From IMG/VR virus record IMGVR_UViG_3300037604_000007, positions 1 through 30,388 of that record: DNA of 30,388 nucleotides; one strand, 5' to 3'. The position numbers and the translations under genes are program-made. The notes beneath the pieces were generated by a model, which did no database searches, had not been told where the DNA came from, and worked only from the letters and a program-made list of their open reading frames with translations. The DNA is from a virus (lineage: Duplodnaviria > Caudoviricetes). Of the stretch, positions 25,266 to 30,388 are shown piece after piece; within the stretch, counting starts at the first letter, position 1; each line of letters starts with the position of its first letter.

Positions 25266-26399
25266 TTAGTAAGATTGATTGTAAATTATGCCTAAATCAA
25301 AGGTGAAAGAAAATTGTTTTGATATTTGTTTACTGCTGAATCCACCTGAATTGTTTGTCATTTCAACCCTTCTCCATTTGTTACCACCTTCCCACAATTC
25401 AATCACAGGACTATTGATTAATGCCGTCATCATGTTATTGTCACTCTCGCTGGATGTTGTTTCAGTTACCACCAAATAGTCATTTACTTCATTTCCAAGT
25501 GACACATTCCTACTTCTTGCAATGCTTAAATCGTTGTAATTTCTTTGAACTCTTGATTTGTTCTTTCTTTGCTTTTCAATCGTGTACACATCAGTAAATA
25601 ACCAAAAGGATTGACCACCATTGCTATTGGTAAACCTGAAATATTTGCCTTCGCATTTCGGAACCCTATAATCAATATCCACAAATGTGTCTGATGCACC
25701 GATATTGGCGATTTCATATCTTGAAGTGTTTGACAAATTTATCAATTCATTACCATCTGAATCAATTAACACCAATCTCAACATTCTATCTTCCAATGTT
25801 GTTGGAAGCGATGAGTTAATAACTATCAAACCAAGCGAATCAAAAACAATTTGTTGAGATGAACCAAATGAATCAAATTGAACGTCTATTGGGTAACCTT
25901 TCCAACAAGTAACTTGAAAGTCATTCACACTTAACTGCTCCATGTATGCGGATGGTGCATTGTAGGAATAATCAATCATGTCAGCAGATTCCAATATCTG
26001 CCTACTTGCTTTCAAGAAATAAACAGGAATAGATGTGATCAAAGTATCAACAACCGCTGTGCCATTATAAACATTGATTTCAAACAAATATCCCCTTGAG
26101 ATTGTATCATCAACAAATAACGCACTTGATGCAGTCAATATACTTGGGAATGTGTATTGCGGTTCAATGAACTGTTCAAATTCATAGACAGTCCCTCTTA
26201 CAATTCCACTTAAATTGTATTTGAAATTACCCGATGCATCAGGAATCAATTCAACCGTGGTAATATCAACACCTATTGAATTTTTGATCGTCACATTCGC
26301 TTTGTCATAAGATGCAACCGAACTACTGAAATCTAAATAGTAAGGATTGAATCCAGCAATCAATCTGGAGTCATTCGGTAAATTAGTTGTTATTGCCAT
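25266..26399 (-). CDS. Probable minor tail structural protein
   Basis: F.NSNGG.S.WLF and L..SP.I patterns; position in the tail cluster. Confidence 0.6.
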   Translation of the reverse strand: MAITTNLPNDSRLIAGFNPYYLDFSSSVASYDKANVTIKNSIGVDITTVELIPDASGNFKYNLSGIVRGTVYEFEQFIEPQYTFPSILTASSALFVDDTISRGYLFEINVYNGTAVVDTLITSIPVYFLKASRQILESADMIDYSYNAPSAYMEQLSVNDFQVTCWKGYPIDVQFDSFGSSQQIVFDSLGLIVINSSLPTTLEDRMLRLVLIDSDGNELINLSNTSRYEIANIGASDTFVDIDYRVPKCEGKYFRFTNSNGGQSFWLFTDVYTIEKQRKNKSRVQRNYNDLSIARSRNVSLGNEVNDYLVVTETTSSESDNNMMTALINSPVIELWEGGNKWRRVEMTNNSGGFSSKQISKQFSFTFDLGIIYNQSY

Positions 26400-26620
26400 A
26401 TCATTTTGCCTTTTAAAAGTTTCACTATTTGCATTCCTTCATCCTTCGATTTCACCCAACAAACAGGATGTTCAGTTTTAAACACTTCATCCTTCCACCT
26501 TCTCCATCCTTTGACCTGAATTCTGTACCTCATGACCTCATTGTCAATCAACCTCGTGTCCTTAACCAACCTATATTTTTTACGCTTTTTGGTAAAATTT
26601 AAAAATTTCAACGTCAACAT
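26390..26620 (-). CDS. Small basic hypothetical protein (start uncertain; first in-frame ATG at 26533)
   Basis: Fills the gap between two structural genes. Confidence 0.5.
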   Translation of the reverse strand: MLTLKFLNFTKKRKKYRLVKDTRLIDNEVMRYRIQVKGWRRWKDEVFKTEHPVCWVKSKDEGMQIVKLLKGKMIWQ

Positions 26621-27035
26621 TGTTTAATTCTTTTTTTTGTATTTCTTGTAATAATTTCTCAATTCTTCCATCTAACAAAATAGACGAAATAACCTTCCCA
26701 ACATTGTATTGATTTGGAACTTTTATTCCTTCTCTTGCTATTTTACGTGCAATCAGGAAAGCGAGTTGTTCATCGGTTATGTTATCCCTTTTTACAATCT
26801 TACCCAATTGCACCCACTTCAATATTGCATCCATTGGTGGAAATTTTCCCGCCCTTCTTCCTGTCTCCATTACCCTTGCATGAAGTGGTGCTTTAATCTC
26901 AATTGAACTATCTGATGTTTCATAAACCAAACCACGTTCAAATGCACCCGACGCCTTCAAACCCATCTTAATGTAGTTTAGCACCAAATCTTTTGTGGTC
27001 TGTTTACCAAAATTATCTAACTCCTTTTTATACAT
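26580..27035 (-). CDS. Probable neck/tail-completion protein (HK97 gp10-like)
   Basis: ASG...L, E.GRRAGKFPP..AI..W...K, AFLIARKIA.EGI motifs. Confidence 0.65.
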   Translation of the reverse strand: MYKKELDNFGKQTTKDLVLNYIKMGLKASGAFERGLVYETSDSSIEIKAPLHARVMETGRRAGKFPPMDAILKWVQLGKIVKRDNITDEQLAFLIARKIAREGIKVPNQYNVGKVISSILLDGRIEKLLQEIQKKELNNVDVEIFKFYQKA

Positions 27036-27480
27036 CTAAATTCGCAGTAAAGTCAATTAAATATCCATCCATGTTTGCATCCATGTAGTTCACCCTTTTG
27101 GTTATTTGTGAAACAGTTAAATCAATCTCACTGCAATTATTCAGTTGACTGATGAATGTTGTCATGTCATCGTACAATGGAACAAAGTATTTGTCAAACC
27201 TGTAACTTAATCCACTTGGATCATTGTTTCCCTGATAGAATGTTTCAGATATTACCGATTTCATTCCCATGAAAAAAGTACCTCTGAAATTGGCTAAATT
27301 CAAATACAATTCACCTTGTTTGACTGGAACAATATCCATTTCATAAAGGTGAAGAAATTTATCTGTTGTCGCTTCGTTTGTCTTTAAATTAGCAAATGCC
27401 CTTGTTCCATGTGCAAACACGAATCCATTGCTGGATGAGTAGTTGTCAAATAAAGTGACTAATGTTTGTAGTTCGTTCAT
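27028..27480 (-). CDS. Probable tail terminator-like structural protein
   Basis: 150 aa, position in the cluster, C-terminal N.DG..I.F strand. Confidence 0.45.
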   Translation of the reverse strand: MNELQTLVTLFDNYSSSNGFVFAHGTRAFANLKTNEATTDKFLHLYEMDIVPVKQGELYLNLANFRGTFFMGMKSVISETFYQGNNDPSGLSYRFDKYFVPLYDDMTTFISQLNNCSEIDLTVSQITKRVNYMDANMDGYLIDFTANLDV

Positions 27481-28031
27481 TTTATCTTGTTTATTAAGTC
27501 AGAGTAGTTCTTTTCAAAAAGTGAATTTACACTACTCTGTAATGTTACAAAGGTAGTGAAAAAATATATCTTTTCGTAAGGCAAATTCTCGTAGTATTCC
27601 CACTTTGATTTGTCCCCTTGTGCAAGTGAATCAACCAAGTTATAAATACCAAATTGATTGAGTCTTTTTGCACCACTCATTTCCATTGCAATCTGTTTAT
27701 TAGCATCAACAAATGAATCTAATTTGGATTCACGTTCCCTTGACAATTCCAACTTCTGAATGATGTGATTAATCAATCCAAATAACGTATTTACTTTAAG
27801 AAATGGAATCAGAAACATTGGAATTCTAAACACCATTTTTAATGCGATACAAATGTCAACAAAATCACCTGATGACATTAACCGCCTTAAATAGTCAAAG
27901 TCTTTCAATTTAAACTGAAACACTTCTTTTGCTTTAAAGATAAACCTATCCTTTGGCTTTACCAGTGTCAAATATTCAAACGCTTGAATCTGATCTTCTT
28001 CCGATAATTTCAATAACTTGTATAACCTCAT
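27477..28031 (-). CDS. Hypothetical protein, possible tail assembly chaperone
   Basis: FG.Y..VD.LA.GD..K.E....LPY pattern; follows terL. Confidence 0.5.
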   Translation of the reverse strand: MRLYKLLKLSEEDQIQAFEYLTLVKPKDRFIFKAKEVFQFKLKDFDYLRRLMSSGDFVDICIALKMVFRIPMFLIPFLKVNTLFGLINHIIQKLELSRERESKLDSFVDANKQIAMEMSGAKRLNQFGIYNLVDSLAQGDKSKWEYYENLPYEKIYFFTTFVTLQSSVNSLFEKNYSDLINKIK

Positions 28032-29369
28032 AATCTTAACCCTGAAAAACCTTTATTTACTAATTCAAAATAATATCGCATCATAATCGAATCCCAATCA
28101 TCAGGAGACCTTCCAATTAATTCCTTCACCTTTTCCTTTGGCAACAACTTAACCTTTCCATCTTTGTCCATCTCAACCAATTTCACCGCTTCCATTTCCT
28201 CACTTATCAAATCAATTATTTGCTTATCTCTGCAAATCTCTCCAACCTCTTTGTTGACAATTTTCAACGCCATCTTATGTGAACATTGATTTTTCAAATT
28301 ATCGTAATTCTCTCCATTCAATGCTTTGGAATTATTTACAAATCCTTTGCATCTTAGAATATCAATAAGTCCACCACCAACACCATCTTCATCTGCAACA
28401 ACTCTTGACCTACTTACACCATATTCAGCCATTAAATTCCTAACCCTATCTGCAAGTTCAGTGATTGTGTTTTTATCAATTGCAATCCTTTTGATGCATA
28501 ACCAACCTTTCCAAACTCGAATGACTGATTTGTCCTTTCCTTTTCTTGCTACGTCCACCGTTAAATAGACTTCTTTTTCTTCACTTAAATGTACCGGATT
28601 AAAATAGTCAACAATAGAATCAAAATCAATCAAGGCACTTGGGTCATCGTCATACTCCCAATTCCCAAAATACAACCTTTGTTTACTATTCTTATCCAAA
28701 CTCAACAGTGATTCAAGGTAAGACTCAGGAAGATGTGGATTGTCAGTTGGTAATGCTTGGATAAACACCTTGCCTTTTGGAAGTGTTCCATCTTTTGACT
28801 TCTTATAAAATTCCTTGTAAGTCCAATTTTTAGCTGGATTGCAAGAACCTAATACCTTTGGAATGATTCCAAATTGATTAAGTTTATATCTGCACCTCGA
28901 TAAGACAATCTGCCAAGCCTTGTGGACAACCTGATTGCATTCATCTATAAATGCACCACAGATTTCAAGTGAACCAAGTGAATCAAAATTGGGGTCAGAT
29001 GGATAAAGAAATAAATCCTTCAATAATATCTCACTCCCATTATTCCACTTGATAACATTGGATTGCGCATTGTATGTGAACTGGTCACCCAAATTAAGCA
29101 AGGATGTTAATTCAAAAAATGTGTTTAAAGTTGTTTCTTTGAGTGCCTTTAATTTAGACCTACCCATTAACCACCTCGAACCCTCGTAAGTTTGGCAATT
29201 TTCAATAAGCCATAAACACCCTAAGGCTGACTTACCTCCACCCGCTGCACCAATTTTCACCCCCCCTTTCATTATAAAAGGGGGGTTAACAACCTCCGTA
29301 TAAAACCTCCTTTGTCTCGCTATCTTTTAGGAAGTATACGGCATTTTCTTGTTTAATTAATAATTTCAT
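28028..29369 (-). CDS. terL: Terminase large subunit, split by a 43-nt coding gap (29249-29291)
   Basis: 5' part MKLLIKQENAVYFLKDSETKEVLYGG (29369-29292) plus 3' part AAGGGKS...FIDEC...CNP...DVARKGKD...SPD..D; joining them restores LYGGAAGGGKS. Confidence 0.88.
29249..29291 (-). other. 43-nt insert in the terL Walker A motif: stop codon plus hairpin between matched GGT codons
   Basis: mRNA reads GGU|UGUUAA-CCCCCCUUUU-AUAAU-GAAAGGGGGG-GUGAAAAUU-GGU|GCA. Confidence 0.85.
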
Positions 29370-29388
29370 TCAATTTTTTTTGATAAAA

Positions 29389-29396
29389 CAAATATA
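29389..29396 (-). promoter_or_regulatory. -7 element TATATTTG upstream of the terL ATG at 29369
   Basis: CAAATATA on +; another copy at 29718-29725 precedes terS. Confidence 0.55.
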
Positions 29397-29402
29397 CAAA
29401 AA

Positions 29403-29687
29403 TTATTCAGGTTTCACGCCATTTCCTAGTATTACATTAACAGATTGCATTTTCTCGCCGTCTGTGGTGTGGTCTATTCTTTCCGTAGGTCTTCCAAGGT
29501 AATACTCCAGAAATAGCTTTATCGCTTGCATATCTCCTTTTAAAGCTTCTTGCTTTAATTTTATAATGACAGAGACTACCTCTTCGCTTGTCGATGCTTT
29601 ATCAAGAAGTTTCTTGTATTCGTTTTTCCTTTTATCAACCCCTTTCGCTTTAGTTGAATTACCCCCGTTGTTCTTTCTCTTATCCAT
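29403..29687 (-). CDS. terS: Probable terminase small subunit
   Basis: MDKRKNNGG start, A.KGD.QA..L.L.Y..GRP...ID.TT.GE motif; directly upstream of terL. Confidence 0.75.
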   Translation of the reverse strand: MDKRKNNGGNSTKAKGVDKRKNEYKKLLDKASTSEEVVSVIIKLKQEALKGDMQAIKLFLEYYLGRPTERIDHTTDGEKMQSVNVILGNGVKPE

Positions 29688-29736
29688 ATCAATAGAATTC
29701 AAATTTTGATTTTACTACAAATATAGTAAAAAAATA

Positions 29737-30189
29737 TCACTCTACTATTTCAATCTTATCAACATCTACTCCAAACTTTTCTGATATTTCCTCAATAGTT
29801 ATTTTTGTTTTCAATTTTCGGATGTGTTTCCAATTATCAACACAAAAAGGTTTGTTGTTTTTAAATTTTTTTCCATCCATATTCAAAACACAAACAAATG
29901 GAAATTCTGCTCCCTCTATCTTTGTTATAAATATTCTTTGTTGCTATTCAGTATCATCATCCCTAACCCCAACCAATTCCCCTCTTTCAAATTCTTCTAC
30001 TAGGTGGTTCTTAATTTCACTTGCTGGGTAGTACCACCAGTCTTCTTTAAATCGAACCCCAGATAAATCACTATCTTTATTAGAGAATTCTATTATTCCT
30101 ATTTCCCCGATGTGTTTATCCATATCGCTTATATAATGTGGGCCTTTAAACCTAAAACCTCTCACTCTTTTACCTATTAAATTTTCCAT
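29737..30189 (-). pseudogene. Phage gene of 150 codons interrupted by one in-frame TAG (29944-29946)
   Basis: The frame stays open past the TAG: ...ELVGVRDDDTE*QQRIFITKIEGAEFPFVCV...ITIEEISEKFGVDVDKIEIVE-TGA(29737). Confidence 0.75.
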
Positions 30190-30388
30190 TGTTTTTTATT
30201 TTTTGTTGTATCTATCCCAGTTTTGTTGAACACGTTTTGCGTGTACTAGGTCTATTTCTAATTGTGTTAGTATTTGTTTTTCTCGTAGCTTATCGCAAAG
30301 GCACTCTTCTTTTGTTTGCTCTAAGATAGCTAAAGTTATTAAAACTCCTAAAATAAACGATATTATTATTTTCATTTTATGTTTTTTT
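30172..30388. repeat. Terminal direct repeat, right copy
   Basis: Matches 1-217 with one mismatch. Confidence 0.97.

Noticed and set aside
26560-26620. Programmed frameshift joining 26580-27035 to the next small ORF at CAA AAA GCG TAA
   Set aside because: It would need a +1 shift, there is no canonical slippery heptamer in frame, and alternative starts (TTG, or ATG 26533) explain the ORF.
28028-29272. terL starting at ATG 29272, as in the ORF track
   Set aside because: That ATG lies in the hairpin and would omit the KQ motif and the EVLYG strand, which are preserved upstream with their own ATG and promoter element. Disfavoured but not formally excluded.
29249-29291. Self-splicing intron or intein in terL
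   Set aside because: 43 nt is far too short for a group I or II core and is not a multiple of three. No placement of the junction gives both an exon-terminal U and an intron-terminal G.
1-30388. Genome-wide TAG reassignment (code 15-type)
   Set aside because: The long structural, lysis and replication ORFs are intact under the standard code, and TAG ends Gp157 at its expected C-terminus (5671). Only two accessory genes have an internal TAG.
1-30388. Prophage or lysogeny module; diversity-generating retroelement
   Set aside because: No integrase, clear repressor pair, host flanks, reverse transcriptase or TR/VR repeat pair was recognised.

Overview
This window looks like the complete circularly permuted genome (about 30,171 bp unique, plus a 217-bp terminal duplication) of a small AT-rich tailed phage, probably a siphovirus. 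Bacteroidota-type TAnnTTTG promoter elements point to a Bacteroidota (Flavobacteria-like) host. Nearly all genes are on the - strand. The replication and early module has a VRR-NUC nuclease, SF2 helicase, primase-helicase, SSB-like protein, Gp157, DnaA-domain-IV protein, HNH and metallophosphoesterase. The late module runs TerS, TerL, tail genes, tape measure, Clp-type protease/scaffold, capsid, major tail, portal, adaptor, holin, amidase and a candidate u-spanin. I recognised no integrase, DNA polymerase or tRNA. The main unexplained structures are: (1) terL is split inside its Walker A motif by a 43-nt insert bounded by matching GGT codons and holding a stop codon and a strong hairpin, the layout of a translational bypass element; (2) an integron-like cassette array (three full attC-like sites and three partial ones) sits in the early region with no integrase; (3) a ~135-nt structured RNA candidate; (4) a duplicated C8/G-run element; (5) two otherwise intact genes each broken by one TAG. 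All protein family calls come from motif recognition by eye, not database searches.
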